Below are positions 50,527 through 64,000 of a DNA stretch of 64,000 nucleotides, in pieces. The stretch comes from Octopus bimaculoides. Its lineage: Eukaryota. Position 1 is the first letter of the stretch. Every line of letters starts with the position of its first letter. The notes beneath the pieces are model-generated. The model ran no database searches. It had not been told where the DNA came from and saw only the letters and a program-made list of their open reading frames with translations. Location: positions 193,183 to 257,182 of the forward strand of contig NC_068987.1 in assembly GCF_001194135.2 (NCBI RefSeq), read 5' to 3'. The translations under genes were made by a program, and so were the position numbers.

Positions 50527-51519
50527 TTAAAACTGATGTTATTGGAATTACATCACTCGCATATAGTTTCTCGATTTGAAATCCATTGAGAGGAAGGATT
50601 AGAATCTACATTTCGTTCAAATATTTCTCCTCAGACATAATATTACTAAACACGTCTGCTGCGATTCTCTGCAACCATCACTTTCTCTCTCTCTCACATA
50701 CACACACACACTCTCTCTATCTCTGTTGATTCTTTTACCTTTATTGATCATCAAGTTACCATGACTCTTCCCAGCTCTGTTTTATTTCTTTCCTCCTCTC
50801 ACCTGGAATGAGGACGATGCTAACGAGGTCCAATAAGACGTCAACAGCTCTCATATTGTCTCCTATGTTTGCGAGACTAATTAAAACACTACCAGTGATA
50901 AATATTGTCTTTACTGATTTGAAATAAATTCAGTAAAGAATTAATATTTCTCATTAGTTTTACACGGATACATTGAACCTTAACAGGATGATGAAGATAT
51001 TAATTTCAAAATTACAACAACACCAACAAAATAATGTTTATATCCTGAACCTTCTTCCTTAGAGAAACAATGTAGTGTGTTGTGCTTATTAACAAACTTT
51101 AACGTAGAAGTCTGTGACTGTGTGTGTATTCAATATTTGCATATCATCTTTACAATCACCACCAATATATATATATATATATANNNNNNNNNNNNNNNNN
51201 NNNNNNNNNNNNNNNNNNNNNNNNNNNNNNNNNNNNNNNNNNNNNNNNNNNNNNNNNNNNNNNNNNNNNNNNNNNNNNNNNNNNNNNNNNNNNNNNNNNN
51301 NNNNNNNNNNNNNNNNNNNNNNNNNNNNNNNNNNNNNNNNNNNNNNNNNNNNNNNNNNNNNNNNNNNNNNNNNNNNNNNNNNNNNNNNNNNNNNNNNNNN
51401 NNNNNNNNNNNNNNNNNNNNNNNNNNNNNNNNNAAGCTAGCCATTTTCTTTTCTTCCATTTCACTATTGTCCTCTGCTGCAACTTGTATTACTAACATGC
51501 TAAACGATCCTTAAATTAA

Positions 51520-52170
51520 CTTCGTAAACGAGATTGTAGAGATGCTTGAAAGGGGGCATGTTGATGTATGTTGCATCCAAGAGGTTAGGTGGAGAGGAGC
51601 TTCAGCTAGGTTCCTCACAGGCAAGACATATAGGTATAAAATCTTCTGGGAAGGTAACAGTGACAGAATAGGTAGTGTGAGCATACTCCTTGCTGAGAAA
51701 TAGGTCTAGAAGGTCATAGAAGTAGTATGCGATAGAGTGCTTAAGCTCAGGCTAGTCTTGCATATGTCTCACAAGCGGGCCTACCAAATGAACGGAAGGA
51801 ACACCTTTTATGATATTCTTCTGCAGGCTACCTCCAAGATGAGTGACAATGATCTCAACTTCGTGGCTGGGGAGAAACAGAAAAGAAGTTTGCCGATGTT
51901 CAGCGATGTGTGGACTAACGAACTGGTAAGTCATAGGAAAGAAATGTGTGCGCATGGATGATGATGCACTTGCTTTTAATGAGTCTGCAAGGAAAGAGGC
52001 ATGGAGATGCCACTATAAAAAAACTGCTGAATGTGCAAAATGAATGGGAGGAGGAGAATCTGCCAAAGGTTGAGTCAATTGGGGGACCAGCTACCTGAAT
52101 TGACAGTACTCTAGTAGATAAAGCTATTAAGGATATGAAGACAGGGAAAGCCCCCCCCCCCCTGACCCAT
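51520..52170 (+). mobile_element. RTE LINE apurinic-like endonuclease fragment
   Basis: EIVEMLERGHVDVCCIQEVRWRG...YKIFWEGNSDRIGSVSILLAEK then a stop. Confidence 0.8.
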
Positions 52171-52285
52171 CAGGAATAATTTAAATGAGGAAAGGAGAAG
52201 TCAAATTGACATTACAATTATTTCTGTAAACGGATGATATTATTTATTCTATATCTCATATATAATGTTACGTAGACGCCATAAC

Positions 52286-52347
52286 ATGTGGAAATATTAA
52301 TGTGGAAATATGTAATGTGGAAATATGTAATGTGGAAATATGTAATG
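52286..52347 (+). repeat. 15-bp tandem repeat, about 4 copies
   Basis: Unit atgtggaaatatgta. Confidence 0.9.
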
Positions 52348-53839
52348 ATGCTCCTCGCGTCCATGCATTTTCTTAGATGTCATGATTTGAAGACACGATA
52401 TCAATCTAATGGATTTTTGCGAGATGAGTTCTTTGGGGCATTATTATTTCACTTGTTTTAGTCATTTGACTGCGACCATGTTTACAATATGTAAATAGAC
52501 TGAAAGCTTTCACTTGATATTTTCTGTAAAATTAAGACAATTAATCATGATAAAAGGCAGATGAGTAAATCAAAAACCTCAAAGCATTTTCGGTGGAACG
52601 ATAACCGGCCATTTAATAGCATTAACGCGACATTTGACATTTGCAATAAACAGACTAGCAAAAGAATGTCCACATTATGAACTCGTGCCCTCAAATCATA
52701 ACATCCAAAGAAGAAAACTGACCATAAGAATATTATTCTATGTTACAATATACTTAATTTATAGACCCAAAAGGATGAAAGGCAAAGGCAAAGTCAACCT
52801 CAGAACGTGAAGACAGACGAAATACTGCTAAGCATTTCGCCCGGCGTGCTAACGATTCTGCCAGCACGCCGCCGCCCTGTATGTTACAATATATTATGTC
52901 ATATATTATATAACATTATATGAACTGCTCAGCGTTGGATGAAATATGGAATGATTTCGTTTGTTTACGGAAACAGTTGTAATGTCGATTTGACTTCTCC
53001 TTCCCTCATTTGATGTGTACACATACACACACACACACACACACACATGGAAGCATGTGGTTTAGTGGTTCGGATGTTGCACTCATGGTCGTAAGATTAT
53101 AATCTAGATTCCTCTTCTTGTTGAACACCTCATTTTGTGTTGCTTGGTCCACTCAGCTGCGAAATATGAGTAATGAGTGATTGACACAGTCTGGCGTGAT
53201 GTTGTATGCAATTAGGTCACGACTGTATTAGTAATTAGCAATATCAAATGAAACACTCTTCAAAGGAACAATCCTATTGTTAAAGAAACACGTGGGATTT
53301 TATAGAAGCAATTACATATATATTCTTGAATTGTCACACTTCATTCTCATTTTTCGTCCTCATTCACCTGAATAAAAGCTTGTTTGTCAGTTAGTCTTCG
53401 TTACTAGTATCTCAGCCTACTTTCCATTGCTCGCTAAATTGTTCATCGAACCCATTTTGAAAATAAAATCCTGCTCCATTCACTGCTACAATCTTGTTGA
53501 ATGCTCCAGCAACCTTCAATTCACTTTCTAAAACACTTCAACAGACGAAAGCTCAAAAGGAGCTTTTTTTGTAATGGATTTCATATTCTTTTATTTAACC
53601 AGACAGAAAAATTAAAGTCCTACAAGTTATTTTATTTCTCTACACATACAGAGCAACATTTATGGTTTCAGAACCGGTCTGGTTGCTTTTGTTATAGAAA
53701 TAAATAGTTCAGTAACTTGTAGCACAGCTAGCATGTTTTGTTTTAATCACGCCAGATACTTTGGTTTAAATTAAGCGTTTAAAAACAAACCATCTAAAAG
53801 ACTCCCAGTGCATTTTCAACTCATTTCTCTCTCTCTCTC

Positions 53840-53920
<81 letters not shown>

Positions 53921-54106
53921 NNNNNNNNNNNNNNNNNNNNNNNNNNNNNNNNNNNNNNNNNNNNNNNNNNNNNNNNNNNNNNNNNNNNNNNNNNNNNNNN
54001 NNNNNNNNNNNNNNNNNNNNNNNNNNNNNNNNNNNNNNNNNNNNNNNNNNNNNNNNNNNNNNNNNNNNNNNNNNNNNNNNNNNNNNNNNNNNNNNNNNNN
54101 NNNNNN

Positions 54107-54151
<45 letters not shown>

Positions 54152-54428
54152 GCGTGTGTGTTTATGCAGGCTGCGCAAATTTGTTTCTTGTTTTGAAAAG
54201 CATAATTTAGGTTTCGGCCAGTATTGGCCCAGGCCATGTCTAACTTAATAGCACCACCCAATGAAGTCTTTTAATCATATATGGGGCACCATGACCCACC
54301 CGAGCAAAGGGTTATTATTGTTGGAGACATATCCAGGAGTAGGAGGTTGGTCCGGGATTTTTTGAGAAATTTGTCCAGAGAACTTTTGAATTTTATAGGA
54401 TCTGTTACCGTTATGATGTATTGTGGGG

Positions 54429-54464
54429 TTAGGGTTAGGGTTAGGGTTAGGGTTAGGGTTAGGG
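54429..54464 (+). repeat. Interstitial (TTAGGG)6
   Basis: Six perfect hexamers read directly. Confidence 0.95.
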
Positions 54465-54619
54465 TATATAAACTAGATTATTTTCTTTATTCTCTTATGC
54501 AATATAATCACCTTCAGTCTCAATGACTGCTTTTATTCGAGATCAAAATCGTCTCCTTTGCTCGAATGAAATGGTCCGGGTTCACATCGGACATTACTCT
54601 GACTGGCAGCTTTCAAAAC

Positions 54620-55400
54620 AATCATTGGTGTTGTGTGGATGGTGATTGATGTCTCCCTCAGCAACGCTCCACACATAAAAGTCGAATGGATTGAGATCAA
54701 GTGAACTTGGAGGTCAAATGTTAAGGGTCATGAAAATTGTCAGCCATCCATTCTTGGGTTTTCTGAGCCTTATGTGATGGTTCAGAGTCCTGCTGAGACA
54801 CGTACAGCCGCCCATCCATAGCCTGACAACTATTTCCAGGACTTCAATGTAGCCAACGGAGTTAATTCTAAGACCTTGTGGAAAGGAACGAGGTGGCATC
54901 CCATATCCTTCTTTAGTGACAATTCCAAAGCCACGGCGCTGGTCCTGGTCAAAGTTTTGCTCGTCCGAGAAAAACTAAATCATGTTCTTCTGGGTTTTTA
55001 ATTTGTTTAATAACCTTTTAGATCTGATCAAACGATTTTCCTTTTTTTTTCCTGTCATGGCCTCGCCTCATCACGTAAGACTTGTACCGGATGTCTTCAT
55101 GGACAGCATTTCTGATTGACCCGTCTGACACATAGAGATCTTTTGTAATTGACCTCATGGATTTTCTGGAATTTCTGTCAATGATCTGCTGAACTAGTTG
55201 GATAAATTCGGGTGGTTCAGATGGTGGCGTCGGATCGTTGGGAATGCTTCTTGTGTTTCGATACTGATGGCACCATTCCATCGGACGCCTCTAACTCTTT
55301 CTGAACATTGGTGACTTTTAAATTGCTGTGCTCAGCTTTTGAAGCCGCAACTACAGCTTGCCCCGTCATTTCTTGGATTAAGATGAGTGTGTCTGTCATT
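54620..55400 (-). mobile_element. Decayed maT-like transposase, related to 738-1750
   Basis: RKSMRSITKDLYVS...IRNAVHEDIRYKSYVMRRG, QQDSEPSHKAQKTQEWMADNF and frameshifted LDLNPFDFYVW. Confidence 0.8.
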
Positions 55401-55904
55401 ATTATTTTCAGCACATCATTCTCTAATAAAATTTGGGAATTGAAGGAAAATAGTATCGATTTTAACCTTAAATGGGAAATCATCAGGAAGGCAGAACCCT
55501 ATAAAAATAGTAGATACGGCTGTGGACTGTGCTCTATGGAAATTTATAAAGTTTTTAAACTTAAGGATAATCCTAATCTAATTATTGTCATTATTCGTCT
55601 TCTTCTTTGTTGATTTATATAAGTTATTGTTAGTAGGGGTGTATATATTGTTATTTGTTCCATTATATTTTGCGTGCTTTAGTATCAATTTGTGTTTTTA
55701 TTTTATTTTCATAGAATAAATCTAGTTTTCTATTATTAAAGGAAGATATTATCCTAAAAAGGTTGGGAGAAACTGAAAATCCAAATCTGATATCTTTGTT
55801 ATTAAATATTTTTGCATATCTAGTGTTTTTAAAGTTTTATTTATAATCTTTCTAATAAATTTAATAAAATTTGTCTTTAATTGTTTAGCGAAAAGTATTA
55901 TAAT

Positions 55905-56024
<120 letters not shown>

Positions 56025-57831
56025 TATGGTCCATATATATATATAAAAGAGGCCGATAAAATAAGTACTAATCTTACAATGAACAAGTCCTTGCATCGAT
56101 TTATTCGACTAAAGGCGATGCTCCAAGCATGGCAACAGACAAATGACTGAAACAAGTAAGGACACATTAAATAATACAGTTTTAAGCAAATGGGATGGTC
56201 ACGGTTGACATTACTTTAGTCAGAGATCTACTCAACCATGGTTTAGCAGATGATAAACAACTGCTTATAATTCACCAACCATCATTATCAGGGAGAATAT
56301 ACCTATCACTGTACCGCCTGAAGCTACCCCCACCTCACCTCTCAAATAACAGCAGCCGCTTCTGGATTCTTGCCAAGAAAATCTGAATAAATTTTGCAGA
56401 TTCTGCCTCCTCGTCCCTCTTCAAGCAAGAATTTTGGCTGGTAAAACATTTGTGGCTTCTACCTCTATACTGCACCCCCCACAACACTTATACACTGTAT
56501 ACAACAAGACTCCTCTCTTCTACTCCTCTGAAATTGTGAAGTAAGAAAGGCACGTTTTTACAGTTAGATCTACAGCATCCTATCATAAGACCAGAAAGTT
56601 TCATTGGATGATGCTTGAAATGAGGGACGATTAAATTGTCTTGGATCATGGGTCAACTGGATAAGGATTGGTTCAGGGTTAAACAACAACACCAACATCA
56701 ACAACTTTTGCGATGGCATCAGCCTAACAAAACCAACGATTCTGATAGTGAGGCCACTTTCCCGAGAAAGTTCTGGTTGTGTTTTAACATTGTTTAGTTT
56801 GTAGTCTGACTGCATTCCGAGTCTGACAGTGTTCTGCCAATATATCGACAGCGTCCCGTCAGTGCTTCTTCCGTTAATTTCAAACTCTACTCTATAGTTC
56901 GTTGTTATCATCACCAAACTCTTTAACATTTCTGTGTCTAAAGGAATCTGATCCAATCTATGGAGCCTTACGACGTCATTAAACACCCCTAAAGCTCTGC
57001 AACAACAATCTCACGACCACCACATCGAGGGGGCTCTCTGCGTGGTCACTCGACTTGTTATAAATAGCAGCTAGATCCTCTTAAAATCATTCCTTACCGT
57101 CATAAAAAAAGGAAGAATTGGATGATGTATTCCGGGGAAACTCTTCAAGAAACGAAGCTGGGTGGGTGTCATGGCTGGGATGTCTTTGATAATAGCTCTG
57201 CTCGATCAGAAGTGCCTTGAGGACTTAACAATAACAGCAAGAAAGGTGCTGCTACCTGGTTACTTGATCTGCTAGAAGTAACAGATTTCTCCACCGTCTT
57301 TAAAAGAGATGACACATAAGATAACACTGGGTAATATGGTGACAAAATATATGGAGGAAGAGACGGGATGGTTATGGTTGGAACGCTTTTTGTTATAATT
57401 TTGTTCGATCAGTACTGACCTTGGGATAAAAAAAGAAACGACTATATTTCAAAGATGGTGGAATCTGTCGTAAACGAAGCCTTTATCTTATAACTTTTAG
57501 TTTGTTTCACTCCTTCGTGACAATCGATGCAGTTTGGAAAAAGGACTTCTTCAACGTGGCTCAATATCAGAGGCTGACCTGAAGCGAAACGCGGCCAAGA
57601 AGCGTTGAGTTTCACATTGTATATGCACACATACACACACACACACACGTACGCATACATGCGTGTGTGAGTTGTCTGTAAATATATTTGTGTCGTAGAA
57701 ATGACTGACTCATCCACCCGAACAGAGATTTATTACGTTGTTGAAATACAATATTATGTGGTGAGTGGGTGTGTATGTGTACGTATGTGAGCGACTGTTT
57801 GCGCCGTGTTTCTGTTTGTGATATGTGTGTG

Positions 57832-57868
<37 letters not shown>

Positions 57869-60738
57869 GTGTATATGTATGTATGACATGCAGTGTGGGT
57901 GTCTTATTTGTCATTCCACACAATACTTATTACTCACACACAGCGACACACACACACATGTAGTCACACCCATACACACATGTACACACACACGCACACA
58001 CATTGAAAACAATATTACTACCAACAAGCTTGATAATACAGGTAGCAAATAGTAGCTAGTGGTGGTGGGGTGGTGGTTATGGTAGAACAATGAACGTGAT
58101 TTTGACTTCTGAAATTGTCCCATAGAATCTGAAAAAGGAGATAAAAGTGAACAGAAAGTTTGTCTCTTGTAATCCAATCGACCGTAAATCCTTTCCACCA
58201 AAGCGACTCGCCACATTTTGCCCGTAAAATGTCTAGAAGACGCTTTGTTTTCATTAATCTCTTCTCACAAACAATAATCCTCGCTATTTTGTTGTTCTTA
58301 ATCGCACGATATATAAAGTTTATTTCATATTTAATTATTTTTTATCGTTTAATATGTAATTCTCCATGTTTTTTTTATTGTTCTTATTGAAGTTATCTCG
58401 CTTGTCTGTTGTTTTCAGATTTTAAAACCTCCCCATCTTATATATGAGAAACTCTGCTGTATTTGTATTTAATCTTTAGGACATCTTTTCTCTGGAGGTG
58501 TGAGTTAACAGTGTTGCACAAACCCAGCACTACGTGGCTGCAAATTAAACTTCTTAACTCCACAGTTGTGCATCTTGCGCTTGCGTAATAACTCAATGAA
58601 AACCATTCAACAAACACATTTCACAATGTCCTTGAGATCCTCATTGTCAAAAATGGCCTTCAACACTATTCTCATCTACCCACGAAGTACGAAATTTCCT
58701 TTTCGGATTCACGAAGTATTTCAGCTCTGATCAGTTGCTAGCAAAAGAAATAAATTTTACATGAAAATTCTATTCTTAAACAGCAAACGTCCGCAGAAAA
58801 ATAAATAGATGAAGGTTTTATGAATTCAAACGTCTACGAAAGAGAGGAACTTACGCTTAGGAAAGAACGATCTTTTAACACAAAATGTTCTGCTTATATA
58901 GCAAATCATTGCTAACACAAGACATGTCTTGTGCCACAATAAAGTAGGTGCTAACACAGTAAATACCATTCAGCATAGAATATTATCAAAGCTACAAGTT
59001 GCAGTAACAGGATATTTTGCTAACAAAGCAAATGCCTTTTAATACCAAATGCTGTCTAGGCACAGCAAATGCTGCCAACATAACGAAGGCCTGCAAACAG
59101 AATGAAGACTTTTAGACACCGAAAGTTTTTCTAACACAACCAATGCCTGTTGTGTAAAGAAAGGAGTAACAGACTATATTCTGCGAAAATATATTTATTC
59201 TTATAAAATTATGGTCTTTTAATGCAACAAAAGATTTCTTACAAAATAAAGTGGATGTTAAGAGAGAAAATGTCTTTTAACAGAAAAATATTTCGACAAA
59301 CAAAGCAAAAGCTGCGACCAAAAGAAAAGAGACGCTAAAAGAAGAAAGTTCTGCGAAAGAAATAAATCTATGCCTACAAAACAACAGTATTAAACCATAA
59401 AAAATTCCGCTAACGAAGCTCTGCTAAAACAATAAATGTTTCCGACCAGAATAAAGTAGGCCCTAACAAACTACGGTCTTTCAAGACAAAAAATTCTTCT
59501 TACACTGAAATGGTCTGCTAAGATAAATATTGAAGATGCTAACAAGATAAATGTCCGCAAAAAGAGGAATTTATATTTACAAAATAACGGATTTTTAGCA
59601 CAAATTTTTCTGTTAACATAGTAGTGCTCATTTAACAGGAAAAAAGGACTTGTACCGCAATAAAGGAGGTAAAAACGGAGCAAATGTGCTTTCGCACAAA
59701 AGTCTCGACTGAAGGAGCAAACGTCTGCAACGAAAAGAGGTGCTCACGGCGCATTTCTGGAAAAGAGAAATTTTTGCTTCTACAGCAACAGTCTTCTACT
59801 GCAAAATTTTCTATTAACAAAGAAAGTCTTTTAACAGAATGTTATAAGGTGTTACAGATGTGCTTTGAAACAAAATTCGCTTCTAACACTCCAAAATCTA
59901 CAAAATCTAAATAAAGTTGTGCTGAAAAAATACGAAATTTTAAGTATAGAGACAAGAACAACCCGTTTCACAATAGATTAGACGTAAGGGTTTCATGCAT
60001 GCATAGCATCAGCCGCACATTTAAATGTTTTCGAAACTATAACAATTATACTTATCCTACTTGAACTTCGATGGTGGGAATTAATTTTGGTGTCGTAGAC
60101 CGTTAACACCCACCCTCCACTATAAAAAAAAAATATATATAAAATTGTGGGATATTATGTTATAGGGTGGATTATATTACATTACATATGTTATAAGCTA
60201 TGTGTTGTGTTATATATAATATTATTCCATGATAATCCCTACAGAGTCTAACTTCATCCTAATTTGGTGATTATTCTCCTTTCTGTGATGCTCTTCCTTA
60301 GTAGTCTTATTATGTATATTTGTAGTGGCTTATGAAAGTAAGTCTCCCTTTGACTAAACCGCTCGAAACTATAAAATCATGCAAACAATATTAGTTGTAA
60401 TATTACGACTTATAAAACCTTTTCGGTTTGAATACTTGTAACTGCCCTCACTACCCCCATACCTATTACCCCCTCTTTTCAGGCTACCTTTATCTTTTCC
60501 CTGCCTCTAATTTTAATCCCCTATCTCTTTATATGTAGGTTACATATATTTCCTATTATATTCTATAAATTCTTATTATTTTGTTTTCTTAGTTTTGATA
60601 TCCTTACCTATTAACCTCTTGTCCCTTATCAATTGTTATTTTTCTTGTTCTTAAATTGATATTTTTCACTTAGGTCTATGCAAGATACTTATACTGTATT
60701 CATATAAGCATATAAATATTTGTGTATATGTATATATG

Positions 60739-60796
<58 letters not shown>

Positions 60797-61534
60797 AAAA
60801 ACCCTCTTTGCACATGTATCTGTATGCATTATTTTACACTTTACACATAATTATATCAGCACATATCTTTCGAGTATTTATTTTTTATACTTTAGATTTT
60901 GTAAATATGTCTTTGTATTACCATTATCTCAATATCCCGCTTCTGATTCATGGCTTAAGATTAATAGATAGTAAGTACATCTTTCCAGATATTCCATATG
61001 TAAGTGCCTTGAGCAGTCTTTAGAGAAACCACCTAATAATTAATTAATTAAGTGCAAGAATGGTTGTTAAACTGATTCTACATAATCTTCCCTTTTAATG
61101 CTTATAATTGGTACATACACACCTTTTAGTTACATTGGGTTTAATATCATTTTAGAATTCTTAAATTGTATTTTATACAACATGACAATATTGTTTATAA
61201 ACGTCCCCTCATCGTGCTCCTAATCAATTTTCACCGTATTAGCATCTTATGTTTCTTAGTGTCTTGCCCCTTTAACTGATAATTAACGTCATGATTTAAA
61301 GTCTACCCCTATCATGTCTTTTTTTATAGACAGCTACTTATATCAAATTGACTCTCCCTAATGTCTTATTTTCTTTCTCGTGCTTCTTTAAGTTTCCGTC
61401 TACCAAATCCACTCATAAGGCAAGGTGCCATGCTGTGGGACTGAACTCAGAACCGTGTGGTTGAGAAGCAAGCTTCATACCACACACCTACTACTGCGCT
61501 TTATATTTTTTTATCTATCCATCCATCTACCTAC

Positions 61535-61598
<64 letters not shown>

Positions 61599-61599
61599 G

Positions 61600-61930
61600 C
61601 GCAGGCGTAGCTGTGTGGTAAGCAGTTTGCTTTCCAACTACATGGTTCCGGGTTCAGTCCCACTGCACCTTGGGACAGTGTCTTCTACCATAGCCTCCAA
61701 AGCCTTGTGAGTGGACTTGTTAGACAGTAACTGAAAGAAGCCCGTCGTATAAATATATAGCAATGGGTGTGTGTGTACTCGTCTCCAACGACTATTTGAC
61801 AACAGGTGGCGCTGTGTTTACGTCTTTGTAACTTAGCAGTTTAGCAAAAGTCGATTTGTTTGACTAAAATCCTTTAAGATGTTGCCTCGGCATGGCCGCA
61901 ATTAAATGATTGAAGCAAGTAAAAGATAAA
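61600..61930 (+). mobile_element. tRNA-derived SINE, same family as 10575-10940
   Basis: Head ggcgtagctgtgtggtaag...ccgggttcagtccc and the conserved tail. Confidence 0.8.
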
Positions 61931-62044
61931 AGAGATGTATGTATGTATGTATGTATGTAATATATGTATGTATGTATGTAATATATGTTTGTATACATGC
62001 ATATACATATACTCACGCATTCGCGCAAGCAGCACACATGCAAA

Positions 62045-62840
<796 letters not shown>

Positions 62841-62894
62841 ATTGAGGCAAATAGCTGCAAGAAGGCAGACAATCGAGAATATTTTGGTGGTGGA

Positions 62895-63078
62895 AGGCGG
62901 GGCTGGCAGAATCGTTAGTAGGCCGGGTGAAATGCCTAGCGTATTTCGTCTGCCGCTACTTTCTGAGTTCAAATTCCGCCGAGGAGGGTCGATCAATTAA
63001 GTACCAGTTTTGTACTGGAGTCGATCTAATCGACTGCCCCCTCCCCCAAACTTTCGGGCTTTGTATCTAGAGTAGAAA
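62895..63078 (+). mobile_element. tRNA-derived SINE with an intact 19-bp target-site duplication
   Basis: agaatattttggtggtgga at 62876-62894 and 63079-63097; A-box-like tggcagaatcg and B-box gagttcaaattcc. Confidence 0.9.
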
Positions 63079-64000
63079 AGAATATTTTGGTGGTGGAGAG
63101 TGGAATTCGTAATTTTAAACACCCAGTGGTGTGTATAAAAACATTGTACAGTGTTTGTAAGGTTGTAGATATTGTATGGTTGGCGTAGTCAAACTTTTTT
63201 AATCCAGCATACCCCCTTTACCGCGTCCAGAAAGTATTGGCGTACCCCCATAGTAAGAATATGGAGCAAAATAGTTCAATATACACCCTCCCCCACCACC
63301 CAAAAATAGACAACAAACGCATATTATTTGTTATTGATTCAGTTTCATTTTCTTTAAAGCGTTCGGCTGTCATTTATGTTTCTGGAATCGATCAAATGTC
63401 ATAGCAAAAGACGCAATCAGCTCATTATAATCGATCGTTTCTTCCTCTCAAATTTCTGGCTTTGTCCATCTATAAGCAATCAATTTCTTTAAGTTTCATG
63501 TTAACATTTTTAATGCAGTGCACTAATTCCTCCCCCCCCCTCTCTCTCTCTCTCTCCTACCTGTCCTACATTGCTAGATACAGTTTCAGAGGGCCACATC
63601 CAAACCATGTTCTTCTCAGTTGTATGAAATGTCTGTTCATTTATAAACATTGTTGAAAAGTCTTCTGTCAGCGGATGCGAACGGAAAAAAGACTTTTCAC
63701 ATATTTTTCAGACACACAAGTTGGGTGGGGTTACTTCAGACAACGAGTACTCCTACAGTTTTTCTTACGTACCTGAGGAGTACGTGTCCTTGATTGTAGA
63801 ACCCCTCTTATATGATGTACTCTTTTATTCTTTTACTTGTTTCAATCATTTGACTGTGGCCATGCTGGAGCACCGCCTTAAAAGGTTTTTTAGTTGAAGA
63901 AATCGACCCCAGGACTTATTCTATCGGTCTGTTTGCTGAACCGCTAAGTTACGTGGACGTAAACACCAGCATCGCATGTCAAGCTATGTTGGGGGGGGGG

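Larger units (their letters stand above)
8833..54106. other. Multiple assembly gaps (N runs near 8.8, 13.0, 15.1, 28.5, 32.6, 37.5, 38.7, 51.2 and 53.9 kb)
   Basis: N runs are visible directly; several start or end in microsatellites. Poly-X ORFs spanning them are artefacts. Confidence 0.99.

Noticed and set aside
56570-56986. 138-aa minus ORF as a host gene
   Set aside because: No recognisable domain or splice support. It lies just upstream of a decayed endonuclease-like remnant (AAVI*EVRWG near 56340), so it is more likely LINE-derived.

Overview
AT-rich, repeat-dense animal DNA with N gaps; the SINE/RTE-LINE families and microsatellite load point to an octopus/coleoid cephalopod (inference, not a database result). 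Five protein-coding genes can be reconstructed by eye. (1) BABAM1/MERIT40 on the minus strand: 5 coding exons, 8366 down to 260, running off the left edge. (2, 3) A tandem pair of intronless, prodomain-less caspase-fold genes (16108-16878 and 18220-18924, minus), both lacking the His/Cys catalytic dyad at its canonical positions. (4) A complete 6-exon EIF3H (26204-36745, plus, 331 aa) with a TCT/TOP-type promoter. (5) An intronless CDP-alcohol phosphotransferase of the ceramide phosphoethanolamine synthase (CPES) type (45144-46163, plus). The rest is decayed transposons: maT and Tc1 DNA elements, several MITEs, RTE and CR1-like LINE fragments, tRNA-derived SINEs, and two copies of an ORF1-only 'half-LINE'. 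The most notable observations are the pseudo-caspase pair with conserved 3'UTR blocks, the CPES homologue as a candidate phosphonosphingolipid (CAEP) synthase, and the ORF1-only retroelement family. No homology searches were run, so family calls rest on motif recognition.
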